The notes under the pieces: model-generated
What the model was told of the DNA's origin: nothing
Database searches by the model: none
What the model saw: the letters and a program-made list of their open reading frames with translations, nothing else
Part shown: in pieces, positions 16,101 to 27,479 of the stretch
Position numbering within the stretch: the stretch's first letter is position 1
Layout of the letters: each line of letters opens with the position of its first letter
NCBI RefSeq assembly: GCF_037042905.1
Contig: NC_087245.1
Coordinates: 25,980,001 to 26,044,000, forward strand
DNA: 64,000 nucleotides
From: Lytechinus pictus
Lineage: Eukaryota
Reading direction: 5' to 3'
Program-made: the position numbers and the translations under genes

Positions 16101-18320
16101 CCAAAATGTGCCATATTTGCGCTTACAATTGAGAAGCTTCATAAATCGTTCATGGGAATCAATATCAGAGATCGTAAAGAAAAGGTGCTTGATGCTTTAT
16201 CATTAGTTGTAGAATTAGGTTTTTTATGATTATTTTCTTCTTGTATCTAACCCAAAACCTTGGATTTTTGCATACACTATTTTTCAATCAAATATTCTGC
16301 ATTTCTTTGGGGTTAAATTGTGATTTGGTTTGTTTTGCCACCATTGTTTCCATCAATTTTATTATTTTAATGTCTGAATTGATTTGATAATATTTACTGT
16401 TATGAGTACTTACATCATCTACTGCATTGACGTCTATCTTTTCCCTTTCACCGTTGCCAATCGGTATCCCTTGCCAGTTGAGGATGAGACGAAGACACTC
16501 TGCTCTTTTCTTCTCAGGGGGTTGAGAGTAATAGTACTGTGAATAGCTGGACGTAGATGATGGAGGGCGGGGTAGATCACTCATGCATACACAATGTAGA
16601 GATGTTTGGTTGCTCATGTTACGCTTAATAGGGCTTCCATTATGCTTCTGAAGAAACAATCTAAAAATTAAAAGCACAGACAAATTTGTAGTAATATAAT
16701 CATTCTCAAAAGTTCAAAATGAATTACATGCACATTGAATTATTTGTGAAATTGTTACGAAGTTGATATATTAAAATATTTCAGATTCAAACTGGATGGA
16801 ATTTTTGGGATTGGTTTATGGTTTGCAGATCAGGGACCCGTTTCATAAAGACTTAGTCATTATGGCTACTACCATGGCAACAGGTCTCAGCAGCCAATCA
16901 AAATCAAGGTTAACATGGTAGTTGTCATAATGGCGAAGTTACAACAGTTGTAACTCATTATGAAGTGGGCCATAAATATACAAGACCTGGCACAAGAAGT
17001 AACCCGTTGTACTGCAGTAGAGTACATGAAGTAAAAACAAACAGGATGTCATGTTCTGTTTGGTGAAATAAAAACAAAATGTGTAATACTGTACAAGATT
17101 GTAATGTGATCTGAAACTGTTTTCAATTTACATTACTAACAATATCTCTCCTGAAAAGCCTGTGAAACTACCAAACCTCATTCTCACCAGTGTCAATAAC
17201 TCAACCGATGATCCTGTGAAACTACCCATTCCCATTGTTGGCAATAATAACAATAATTGTATTTGCTTTTATAGATAGCACCTAAAACTTTTAGAAGTCT
17301 ACTAATGCTCTAATAATGCAGCATAATTACCCTGGCTTCAGCAGAGCAGCTGTTATGCTCTCAGCGTTTCAAGGAATATATTCTGGGGCCCGTAACACAA
17401 AACCTAGCAATGATTGTAGGACATTTTTCTACGATTGGTTCCATTGACAACACTCTACAATTCATCGTGGAGCATATGATCAATCGCTATTACCTTTGTA
17501 TTACGGACCCAGGACAGGTACCCAATTTACCTGAGCTGGGTTGAATTCAGCACATTATGGAGAAATTTATTGCTGAAGAACACTGACACCTGCAGGGCCC
17601 CATTGCATAAAGTTACTATTATACATGTAGTAACTTTGTTATTTAATGGTAACTGCCATGGTAACAACGTCAATTAGCCAATCAGAATAAAGGATTTCAG
17701 GGAAGTTAACATTAGATGGCAATGTTACTATAGTAGTAAACCTTTAAGCAACAGGGACCAGGAGTAGGGTTTGAAACAACGACCCTCTGATTAGGAGACT
17801 GAGGTCAGAACCACTACACCATGACACCTCCATACCCATTCACACTCTTCGCAATAATGGGTCGTGTGGTCCAGTGGTTAGAGCATTGGACTCAGAATCA
17901 CAAGGTTGTGAGTTCGAATCCCAATTCTGCCATTGTCTCCACTTTGATAAAAGGCCAGAGAGTGATATCTGTCGTCTATTAACGTCAGCCACTATGACTG
18001 ATTAACCAAGCCGTAAAAGGTTTCCTTGGTAATTGGTTATATACCAGCTTGTCGTTTACCAGCAAAATGCTGTCCTGTTGAGTTCCTATGGGAGTTACTA
18101 TAAACAGACAAAACAGAAACAGAATAACTCACCTGACAAGTCTGTGCATTCCATGTCTACATGAACAGTGAAGAGCCGTATTATGATCATAGTTCTCTCC
18201 ATAGGAGATGTTCGGATCAAACGTCTTTTGAAAGTCTTGGCTATGATGGTAAATTTCCTCAGCTGTTTTCTCATCCCCCGAATGGAGGGCTTTCCGAAAC
18301 TTGGACGAACTGCTTCCCAT
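412..18320 (-). CDS. ANKIB1: Ankyrin repeat and IBR domain-containing protein 1 (RBR E3 ubiquitin ligase), spliced CDS of 18 exons; 856 aa if the TAG at 412-414 is used, otherwise continues beyond the window start
   Basis: 18 GT-AG exons join in frame (2571 nt incl. stop): [12 protein letters not shown] start, ankyrin repeats, [22 protein letters not shown]1 ([14 protein letters not shown]), IBR ([22 protein letters not shown]), RING2 ([23 protein letters not shown]), Ariadne region, UIM-like helices. Confidence 0.95.
1100..1238 (-). CDS. ANKIB1: ANKIB1 coding exon 17 (UIM-like helix)
   Basis: 139 nt, [22 protein letters not shown]...; AAG acceptor, GTATGT donor. Confidence 0.8.
1250..1366. 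repeat. (AAT)n-like microsatellite next to the exon 17 acceptor
   Basis: Degenerate AAT/GAT/CAT triplets. Confidence 0.9.
1540..1779 (-). CDS. ANKIB1: ANKIB1 coding exon 16
   Basis: 240 nt, [30 protein letters not shown]...DDDSADE; donor GTAGGC. Confidence 0.9.
2587..2726 (-). CDS. ANKIB1: ANKIB1 coding exon 15 (Ariadne domain)
   Basis: 140 nt, [34 protein letters not shown]...IFEFMQ. Confidence 0.94.
3628..3784 (-). CDS. ANKIB1: ANKIB1 coding exon 14 (Ariadne domain)
   Basis: 157 nt, [35 protein letters not shown]. Confidence 0.94.
4114..4248 (-). CDS. ANKIB1: ANKIB1 coding exon 13 (RING2 end)
   Basis: 135 nt, [32 protein letters not shown]. Confidence 0.95.
4292..4718. mobile_element. 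MITE with 14-bp TIR and 6-bp TSD
   Basis: CAGACCTGCCAACC...GGTTGGCAGGTCTG flanked by AATATG on both sides. Confidence 0.85.
5504..5634 (-). CDS. ANKIB1: ANKIB1 coding exon 12 (RING2, catalytic Cys motif)
   Basis: 131 nt, [34 protein letters not shown]. Confidence 0.95.
6217..7192 (-). mobile_element. Helentron-associated / DINE-1-like non-autonomous element, family 1, with ~160-bp internal tandem array
   Basis: Subterminal IR GTCTCACCTGCAT (6239) / ATGCAGGTGAGAC (7175), terminal hairpin, (GCC)n tract, TGACCTTTGACC units spaced 162, 163 and 192 bp, T-rich ends, no TSD. Confidence 0.8.
7435..7523 (-). CDS. ANKIB1: ANKIB1 coding exon 11 (IBR end)
   Basis: 89 nt, [29 protein letters not shown]. 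Confidence 0.93.
8359..8572. mobile_element. Short GG/CC-ended MITE (Harbinger-like; similar elements at ~9870-10020, 16832-16972, 33220-33376, 34730-34947)
   Basis: GGCCCGTATTCTGAAG/CTTCAGAATGCAGGCC imperfect TIR. Confidence 0.6.
8655..8827 (-). CDS. ANKIB1: ANKIB1 coding exon 10 (IBR)
   Basis: 173 nt, [21 protein letters not shown]...[10 protein letters not shown]; donor GTCAGT. Confidence 0.94.
10046..10190 (-). CDS. ANKIB1: ANKIB1 coding exon 9 (RING1 C-half)
   Basis: 145 nt, [26 protein letters not shown]...FLQFDIK. Confidence 0.94.
10642..10730 (-). CDS. ANKIB1: ANKIB1 coding exon 8 (RING1 N-half)
   Basis: 89 nt, [29 protein letters not shown]. Confidence 0.94.
11381..11550 (-). CDS. 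ANKIB1: ANKIB1 coding exon 7
   Basis: 170 nt, [24 protein letters not shown]...EDETE; TAG/GTAAAC. Confidence 0.92.
12153..12270 (-). CDS. ANKIB1: ANKIB1 coding exon 6
   Basis: 118 nt, [39 protein letters not shown]. Confidence 0.93.
12795..13378. mobile_element. Kolobok-like non-autonomous element with long TIRs
   Basis: TTAA flanks, AGGAGAATGAAAC/GTTTCATTCTCCT ends, inverted arms of ~180 bp. Confidence 0.8.
13872..13925 (-). CDS. ANKIB1: ANKIB1 coding exon 5
   Basis: 54 nt, [21 protein letters not shown] acceptor, GTAAGT donor, phase 0/0. Confidence 0.8.
14525..14650 (-). CDS. ANKIB1: ANKIB1 coding exon 4
   Basis: 126 nt, [25 protein letters not shown]...[17 protein letters not shown]. 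Confidence 0.93.
15863..15919 (-). CDS. ANKIB1: ANKIB1 coding exon 3 (ankyrin TALHYAA)
   Basis: 57 nt, [27 protein letters not shown] boundaries; frame differs from the ORF track. Confidence 0.92.
16414..16660 (-). CDS. ANKIB1: ANKIB1 coding exon 2 (ankyrin)
   Basis: TTTTAG acceptor, [25 protein letters not shown]...IDVNAVDD, donor GTAAGT; 247 nt, phase fits. Confidence 0.92.
17245..17830 (-). mobile_element. Family-B SINE interrupted by two short MITEs (~17385-17511 and ~17594-17760)
   Basis: SINE B segments resume after GGGCCCGTAACACAAA/TTTGTATTACGGACCC and GGGCCCCATTGC/GCAACAGGGACC inserts. Confidence 0.6.
17859..18124 (+). mobile_element. tRNA-derived SINE, family A
   Basis: A box TGGTCCAGTGG, B box GTTCGAATCC, (ACAGAA)n tail; close copy at 40307. 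Confidence 0.88.
18133..18320 (-). CDS. ANKIB1: ANKIB1 coding exon 1 (start codon; 188 nt)
   Basis: ATG at 18320, [20 protein letters not shown]...[16 protein letters not shown]; donor GTGAG at 18132. Confidence 0.93.
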
Positions 18321-19362
18321 TTTGAAGGCGCACAATGTAGTCTTTATTCAATCCTTTTTTTATAAATGGTTCCAATGACTGCTCAAATATGACACCAGCG
18401 TTCACAGAAGCAAATCTATAAAGAAATATGACCCCATTTCTCTTCTAAGAAGAAGTTGCTTGGTAGTTACATGTACCAACACAATATTGTTCATGATAAT
18501 ATAACACTGACACAGTGTCCAAGATATCCAGTGTTCTCTTCTTTATTGATTTCTGTTTGGAATTCAAATAAATTCATATCCAGGTACTTATTTTATTTCA
18601 GTCAGGAGAAAAGGAAAGACACAAGACTGCCACCAATGTCTAAATTAAGTAAAGACATCAATAGCTTACAGTTGATAATAACCATGCTCATCACCACATG
18701 TATTTCCCTTGACTCCTTGATCAGTCCTACAGTATGTCTTTCAAATGTTCCTGAACTTCTCTAATGTCAACAGCACACTTCCTTAATCCATTAAATAAGT
18801 GACATCACTTGATAGGGTAGTGGCTACCTTCTTCGTTAAAGATGAGGGCATCAGTCGAGGGAACCCTCAGAATTGACTTCCTGTTGGGGTTGGCCTGCTA
18901 ATCATCATCTCCAAATACAGGGTATCTTGAATGAGGCCGCAGAATACGCGACAGGTCATTGTTTCACTCTATTCTATTCTGCAAGATCTCATTTCGAATA
19001 AGAGCTCATTACGAACAAGAGCCCTTGACAAACCTGATTATCGCTCAAGTACTATCAAGTTTGCTCTAAAAGGTATTAAAAATCACCTTCATCATGGGAA
19101 TAAACTAGAAACATGCATCAGTCATCCTATAGCTATGCAGGTACTTCATATGGAGGTCTGAACTGCTGGACTTGCTACAATGTTTTGGACCCCCTATAGG
19201 AAGATCATCTTAACTTTCTTTACCAAGACATGTACAGGATACATGTAGTTGGTTGACACTGAATGGATGTACATATTCTGATCACATCTTGTAGAATCCA
19301 AAAGCCAGTTGCTCACAATAGAATTCCAGGAGTCCCATGTTTAACTCATCAATGCACCATCA
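18321..19362 (-). other. Putative ANKIB1 5' UTR sequence upstream of the start codon (two candidate acceptors: 19362 and 18415)
   Basis: Strong acceptor CTTTTTTTTCTTTTTGTTGCAG ending at 19363; second acceptor TTTCTTTATAG ending at 18416; sequence between looks repeat-free. Confidence 0.5.
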
Positions 19363-20543
19363 CTGCAACAAAAAGAAAAAAAAGACATCTTTAGATTCAA
19401 ATTAAACTCTATTCTACATCTACATGTACATGTGCAAAATGACATTAATATTATTCGAATGCATGTACAAAATGCAAACTGAGTTTTCAGTCGTGCAAAG
19501 CACAGAATAGTATACAAATACTAGTAGGCATGTATGTACGGTACATGTACATGTATTCAAAGAAATCATGAGTGTGGGCCTATGCATGCTACGTTACATT
19601 ATGCTTAAATTATAAATTCTCAATTATAGTGATTTCAATGTTTTCATTGCATTCTCAATTTAGAAAAAAGAAATAGTTAATGACTAGCTACATGTACATG
19701 TATGTATACAAAACAAGAAATATTATTCAGAAGTGGGACAACTACTGCATTTGAATTAAAAGAACAGTACACTTTCATATTTCTTTATAATACATGTACA
19801 TGTAGGGCCTACTGCTTCCATTCAGGACTTTAAAAAATTCCAAAAGGCGAAAAGGGTAACGAAAAGGAGACACGGTACATGTACCTCTATATGGGAACTG
19901 AGACTGCTGCTAAGGACACAGGGGAATATTATCATTTAGTCATACAAGAACATGTAACTGAAAGGAAGGAGAAGAGGGCTGATTCATATTGATACAACTC
20001 AAAAAACGCAATGGCCTCCGGCAAAACTCCTAAATCACCTGAACAATACATATGTCTCACGGACGTACTTGTGCATACTGGTACTATTTTATAATGAATG
20101 TGTCACAAAATGTCATAATATCAAATTCACAGGGGATCTGGTTAGATTGCTAGTCTATTTTAATAGGCATGATGAATGTCTTTTACTTTTAGAATAGAGA
20201 AGGGAGACAGGAACAAACACTAAAGACGAAGGAGGAGGGGGAGGAGAAGGGGGAGGAGAAGGGGGAGGAGACGTACATGTAGGAGCTAAAAGGGTTAATA
20301 AAAGGGGAGAAAGGCCAGGGAAGATAATGATCATGTAATGATGATGATGATGATGAAGATACATGTATGATGAAGGAGAAAAAAAAGAACACCCCCCCCC
20401 CCCCCCCGGCCCTAGTAATTTAAAAGTAAAGTAAACAGAATCATCAAAATTTAAGTCCTAACCATGATGCCTACATACAGTAATGTCCATGTAATGTACA
20501 TGTATATGTACATGTACATGGAGGTCTGTACATGGACATTTTC

Positions 20544-21037
20544 TTTGTTGTAAAACCTGTGTGCATGTGTGCAGTGCATGTGTACATACTGCTGGGTATG
20601 TAATGACAATTAATTCTTTGGACTGTGCTCAGTGTGCTGAGTCACCGTAGAGCTATAACAAATTAATATCATCATTTGTCTCTACTTGTCAATAATTCAT
20701 TTCCCAATTCATACAGGTACATCACATACATGATGTACATCACACTTATCCCCAAAGATTATGTCAGATTTCTATCATAGCAATTTTTGTTGTAAAACCT
20801 GTGTGCATGTGTGCAGTGCATGTGTACATACTGCTGGGTATGTAATGACAATTAATTCTTTGGACTGTGCTCAGTGTGCTGAGTCACCGTAGAGCTATAA
20901 CAAATTAATATCATCATTTGTCTCTACTTGTCAATAATTCATTTCCCAATTCATACAGGTACATGTACATCACATACATGATGTACATCACACTTATCCC
21001 CAAAGATTATGTCAGATTTCTATCATAGCAATTTTTG
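20544..21037. repeat. Recent 242-bp tandem duplication
   Basis: 20544-20785 repeated at 20786-21033, identical except a 6-bp gain in copy 2; TTTG microhomology at the junction. Confidence 0.95.
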
Positions 21038-21534
21038 AACTGGTAAATGAAAATTCCATGTTTTCCCTGTAAAGACTACGGTCTACTGGGTGTACTGTAC
21101 AGTGTGTGACTTGGTTCAAGTATTGGAGATTAAGAACCTCTCATTGCTATGGCCCCTCATCAGAAAGGGGGAGAATTTCAGTAAAATCGGATGGAAAACA
21201 AATTGTTTTGTGAGATTTCAAGAATCAAAGTGAAGTTCTTCTGTACTGCAAGTTTGAATAAAAATCAGATGAAAAATGAGGCTGGTATCTGAGCACATAC
21301 ATGTACAGGCCTACTATTACTATGTCATTTTAAAAGTCTGATTGAGAACAATTATGACAAATTTTGAACAATGAATAATCTACTGTATCAAGAAATGTAG
21401 CTGATAATGTCCAGGTTACCAAAAATATTTGCCTTTATTTTTCCTGCTTTTAAAAACCAACCTACAATGTTCTGTATGTATGTATGTATGTATTGTCAAG
21501 GTGAACTTTCTCAAAAGGGAGAGTTAACACAAAG

Positions 21535-21730
21535 TATAATAATAATAATAATGATAATAATAATAATAATAATAAAACAATAATAATACTAATAATAATG
21601 ATAATAATAATGATAATAATAATAATAATAGTAATAATAATAATGATAATGATAATAATGATGATGACGATGATGACGATGACGTTGATGATGATGATGA
21701 TGATGATGATAAAAAATGATAATAATAACC
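21535..21730. repeat. (TAA)n/(TGA)n compound microsatellite
   Basis: Direct reading. Confidence 0.92.
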
Positions 21731-22199
21731 AATTAAAGAAATGCAATATTGATATAGGTTTGACGAAAATATAAATGAAGTTGTGAATTTGTCACATTTT
21801 AGATTTGGGACATCAAATTTATGCAAGCAGATAGAAGCAATTTCCCTCATAGTAGGCCTAATGTCTATTATATTAATATTCTAAAGAAAAAACATCAAAA
21901 TGGTTAAATCTATTGAGTCTCATCAGTCACATCAATTCATGAATGCTTCAATAAGACAAATATTTTCAATGATCATTACTGGGTAAACAATTTTTTTTTA
22001 AACATGGGGGAACTGCTCAAATATGACATCACAAATTCATAACAATATTATGATGGTTTTTGCAAAGCCCCTCACTAATATTTTACTCTATTACATTCTA
22101 CTTTCATTGAACCCTCACCAATTTTTATAACTTAAGTTACCTGCTTTATTGAAACCAATAAATCAGGATAAACTAATCCTTTAAAAGTACAGTATAATT

Positions 22200-22485
22200 T
22201 AATAATAATGTGTTCTATTTGTATAGTGCAGCTACTACTCTACTGCGCTTGATACATGGTATTATATATTACCCTGGCTGTAGCTGAGCCACCGTATAGA
22301 CACTATTTGCATTCAAGGAATAAATCCTATCGGGTACCCATTCTGCCATCACCTCACCTGGGTCGAGTGCAGCACAATATGGGTAAATTTCTTGTTGAAG
22401 GAAAACACACCATGGCTGGGATTCAAACCCATGTCCCTCTGATTGAAAGACGAGATTCGTAACCACTAGACCACGATGACCCCAC
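22200..22485 (-). mobile_element. tRNA-derived SINE, family B
   Basis: Minus strand TGGTCTAGTGG...GGTTTGAATCC head, CTCGACCCAGGTG...ATGGGTACC core, (TTA)n tail. Confidence 0.75.
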
Positions 22486-24769
22486 TGGAAACTTCTACCA
22501 GTGTATTTTAAAATGTGGTTTTCCTTCTCTCTTGATTTCTCTTTGCATGCATGCACAGTTTAAGTTCATAAAGGTTGACATTAATTGATGCCAGATGGAT
22601 CAAGTTCAATGGAGAGTAAACAAAGCTCACTCGAAATAAATGTACAGAGAAAATTAGATTTACACTGGATTCTAACTAGGGTGGGGATGTAGAATTCTCC
22701 ACGCTATTGCCAGATGTTAAAAATTACGAGAGTACATGTGCAGTCCAATGTATTGACAAATTTTTAAATGCTACATGTATGCTTAATAAAATTCCAACAT
22801 GGATGTCTTGGAAGCTCCCCATGTACATGTAGGCTCAGGGAATTCCTGTTTGACCCAGTAGAAAAATGAGTCAAAACATTTGAGGGGTCCAGAAATGGCA
22901 AATAGGGTGAATTTTCTTCAATTTAAAGCTTCCAGTGAGTGAAGCAAGTGAGCAAAAATTTTGTTGTTTTTTTCATATATATATATTGACATAAAATTCA
23001 GAAAATAGTACATCTTTCAGATTTTTTTTATTTCCGTTTTCTTTTTTTTTTGGCCTTGGTCATGAAAATTTGTGAGGAGGGTGGTCCATTGCCCCCCCCC
23101 CCCCCACCTGTACATGTACACAACTGATTTAACCTAAAAGTGAACAACCATTACGACAGCAGCTGAGACTGTGATTTTGATTATGAATCCTGAACAACAA
23201 ACTGTTGTCTAAAAGTTATCTAATTCCCCCTATGATGACATACTGTCAGATCTGCCAAGTCTTATCTATTTATATCTCCATTCAACAGATAAAATTAAAA
23301 TTGTAAAGATTATATACAATGTACATGTATTACCTACGGTACATGTCGGACAGAAGATCTCGTAGGAATTAACTCTCATATAGACAGTGTCCTTTCAGTG
23401 AGTGTGACAATAAAATGTAATTCTGATTTTCCCAAATAGAGCATACTCTACATCTATTGTAGGCCTACTGCTCTTCAGTGGATTTAAATCAAAAGGTTTC
23501 AGATCATCTCACACCCATGGACACATGTACACGTTCCTGTACACCTGTACACACTGAAGTTCTGATCTACTGTCAAGAAATTTCTAATGGATCAACTCAA
23601 GAAATGATTATGTCAGGCCCTAATCACTAAAAATGTTCATTAAGTGGCGTAAAGATCTTACCATATGCACATGTACATGCACTTGTAAGCAAGAGGCTGA
23701 GGGATACATGTGCAAGCCATATGGTATGCTGAGTAATACATAAGATGCAATACCGTACAGTGTATTATAATGGTTCATTTCTCATAGGCAAGTTCAGGTT
23801 CATGTACATGTACTTGAAGGTTAAGAATGTGATGGAGGTCATGGTTCATTTTAACATTCATAAAATATATTAGCAGTCAGACCTTATCAATGTCAATGAT
23901 GCCTAAGGGCCCTTTTATCAAGCTGTTCATAATACAGTAAGTTACAAACAAAAAAATCGCATTCGACTTTACACTCCACTGCCGACCCGTTCTTGCACTA
24001 AAATGAGATACATGTACAAGATTTTACTTGACTTAATGATTTTTCGTATCCCCCCAAAAAATAGAAATAATGAATGAATAAAAAAAAATAAACAAATAAA
24101 TAAATAATATATAAGTAAATGAACAAATTTATAAATTAATTAATCGATTAAATAAATAAATACATTTGACAAGATAAAAAAATAAATAATGAATAATTGA
24201 ATGAATGAATGAATGAATGAGTGAGTGAGAAAGAGAGTGAGTGAATGAATGAATAAATGAATGAATAATAAATAATTAAATAAATAGTGAATGTCACTAA
24301 ATTATACATGTTCATGAAGTAAAGGCCATCCAAGCAAAGTTGGGGGAGGGGGGGTTCTGTCACCGTTAAACCACTCTTTCTTGTCCATTTCAATCAAAAT
24401 TTCTTGTCCATAATTGATATAGTGCGACAATATCCCCCCCCCCCATGTATTTCAATTCCACATTTCATACCCATGTTTGTTAAACATCTCTAGTTCTGCG
24501 ACCAAATTTTTCATTATTCAAAATCACTCAAGCATGACCATCTAGATGGTAAATTTCAGGTCTATTTGCATACCATTTGTTACTCTTTCCGTTATCCTAC
24601 AACAAACTATCTAGACTGGCTACTCGGTAGAAATGCTCTGGCACATAGCTGGAAACAGTCATTAATAGTCACATATTTGCTCTTTAATTCAAGGGGAACT
24701 TTGGGCTTAGATATGTTGGTCAATTTTTTTTTTTTTGAAGTATTGTAAGAAATAAATGAATCACTAATA

Positions 24770-25035
24770 AATAATAATAATATGCAACACTATAGCACTT
24801 AATAAAATAGTGCTGTGCACATACTATTACCCCGGCTTTAGCACGGCTACCCTGATTGGGTGCTCGAGCATTCAAGGAATTCCTTTCTACGGGGTACCCA
24901 TTTACTACACCTGGGTCGAGAGTGGCAAATGTAGATAAACACCTTGCCAAAAGACGCAAGTGCCATGGTGGGATTCAAACCCCGGACCTTGTGGTTCAAA
25001 GTTTAGAGGCTTATCCACTGTGCCACAACACCTCT
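24770..25035 (-). mobile_element. tRNA-derived SINE, family B
   Basis: Same ACCTGGGTCGAG / GGGTACCCATT core and tRNA-like head. Confidence 0.75.
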
Positions 25036-26495
25036 AATGATCAAGAACTATAAAAGTGCAGTTTATTAATGCACTTTCTCAACAAAGGTACACATGTACA
25101 AATCTAAGCATGATAACAATCTAAAATCAAGGTAAGTTTAGAGAAAATTGGGGGATACGTTTTTACCTCACATTAATCAGTAAAGCAATCATGTATTTAT
25201 AGGAAAGTGTTTATGTTTGAAAAGAGCACTACTGATTTGGAAGAGAACAATTATAGAACTAGGCCCATATACTTTCCAAGTAATGACGATATTTCAAAAA
25301 CTTAACCTTTGGTTAAGATTTGATGTTGACAACACCGACACTGCCGCCGCCGCTTGATTTTAGGTCAGCAGGCTTAGTTCACAACCTTCACAACGGGAGA
25401 GTGAAATTATTAGATCGATCTCAGTACTACCACCGCGCAACACCAAACCAGTGATGCTTGCATGGGAGCCGGCGGTAGCCGCGCGCAGTCTGTTCAGGAA
25501 CTAGCCGATAAGCCAATTCTGCTTAAATTAGAGCTAGCCGATCTAGATGTTGTCCAGATCAAGGAGATGGGCCAATTAGAAGTAGATTACCAACATCGGA
25601 ACCAACATTTTTCGTTCAAACTTTAATATGGAAGGGATATAAAACAAATATACCGGGCGTTTCTTTCAAAAGTGTAGTGGAAATATTTTATCCTCGATTG
25701 GTCCGGCAATGCAACTGCATGTATTTTCCCTCGGGTTAATTGCTGAACCAACCTCGGCTAAAAATATTTCCAAGTACTTTCTCATACCCAGTATGTATAC
25801 TACATGTATATGAGTTATAATAGAAAATGTTGATCCAGATTTTAAATAGACCCAATGTAAATTTTTGGAAAATGTCAGTTTTTGCTTGTAATTGCCCTTT
25901 TAGTTTCAAAGTCAAGGTAGGCCTACCATTTCAAAACTTAACATTGCCTAAGATTTCAAAGTTGATATCACAACACAGTCAAAGTTCATTGACCCTAATG
26001 AACTTTGATAATCATGTACCGGTAACCTAAAACTCAAGCAGTACTACATATAGGATCACTGATCAGTGATAGCAGTATTAATTATGCTTTTCTTAGACCC
26101 TCTAACATTTCAAACAAGGTGGTTCAAGAACCATGAGTCTCGCCTGATTTTGTGATCAATATGCAATAGGATCTTTTTATCCTGGATGACCTTTGACCTT
26201 ATCATCCTCATGAACAGACCAGTGAATACATGTAGAGTAGAAATGGTTTATTGAAAAAAATATAAATCATTTGCGGTCCAAAGGTCGAATTACAGATTTT
26301 CATACATACACTGTCATGTAAAACCAAATACATCACAATGAAAAACGAAATAATGAAAAGCGGAAATGAAAATACATGTATAATATCAAAGAACATTTAT
26401 GATCACATGCATTGATCAGGAGCCAGAGGTAAATGATACATGTATGTATACATGTACTTATGATGACAATCTATCACCACTGTACCATAATATAA

Positions 26496-26877
26496 CAGGG
26501 TGCTACATAACTTTTTAGAAGCGCTTGCCCAGTCGGGCAAGTAAATTTTTAAATAGTTGGAATATACTTGCCCAAAAATCTCTTTCACTTGCCCAAAAAA
26601 ATCCTTGAAAAAAAAGTTATAAACCATTGACCTTTTTCTCTTTTCCAAAGTGATTCTATCTTGCCTGCCATGACCAAAATTAGGGTCAATATCTTATCAT
26701 ATCATATCGACACTAATTTTGGTCATTCTACCGTGAGAATTTTGCTTTCTACTGTGTGAATTTCGTTTGCCCAATTCGGGCAAGTAGTTTTGGTCTTTAC
26801 TTCAAAACACTTGCCCAACTCTAACTTTTACTTACCCCGGGCAATCGGGCAAGTGCTTACATGTATGTAGCACCCTA
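26496..26877. mobile_element. hAT-like MITE
   Basis: TIR CAGGGTGCTACATA/TATGTAGCACCCTA, perfect 8-bp TSD TAATATAA, subterminal CTTGCCC/GGGCAAG repeats. Confidence 0.88.
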
Positions 26878-27479
26878 TAATATAATGATGTATAAGTATA
26901 TAATGAAGTATAATCATTTTAATGACCATTTATAAGATTTTCATTGTCATCATTACTATCAATATCATATTACTATTATTTTTATCATTCACATTATCAT
27001 TATTATCCAAAAATTAACTATTGCACATAAAGAAGCATTCACGCTTTAAAAAACACTTATAATCGAAAAATAAAAGGAGATTTTCTATCATAAGTTACCA
27101 ATAAATGCACTGATTACAATCATGTAGGTAATTTGAACTTGTATCAACTGACAAAATAAGGCTATGATTCTGCAGAATTGCTCACATTGAAATAATAATT
27201 GTAAAAAGGTATTTGGTATATTATCAAGATAATTTAAATTCCGAAAGGCTTACTAATTTTTCTCAAAACATTAAGTGACACACACATTAATTGATATACA
27301 TATTAGAGCAATTGGCAAAAGTATGTTAATGCAGTTGTTATGAACATGAAAAACATTAAATAACATCTCAACATCTAAAAGCAAATTAGGACTGAGCTGT
27401 AAAAAAATACATGTAAACATCGTGCACATTTGTACACTTATTGAGCACTTAGTATAGTGGCATTAACCAATTATAATTT

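Noticed and set aside
17859..17935. tRNA gene (also 40307-40380)
   Set aside because: A/B boxes are present, but there is no proper acceptor stem and both copies continue into a shared ~190-bp body and simple-repeat tail, i.e. SINEs.
21462..21850. Poly-Ile/Leu/Ser ORFs (also 1201-1498 and 32862-33173)
   Set aside because: Triplet microsatellites, not coding.
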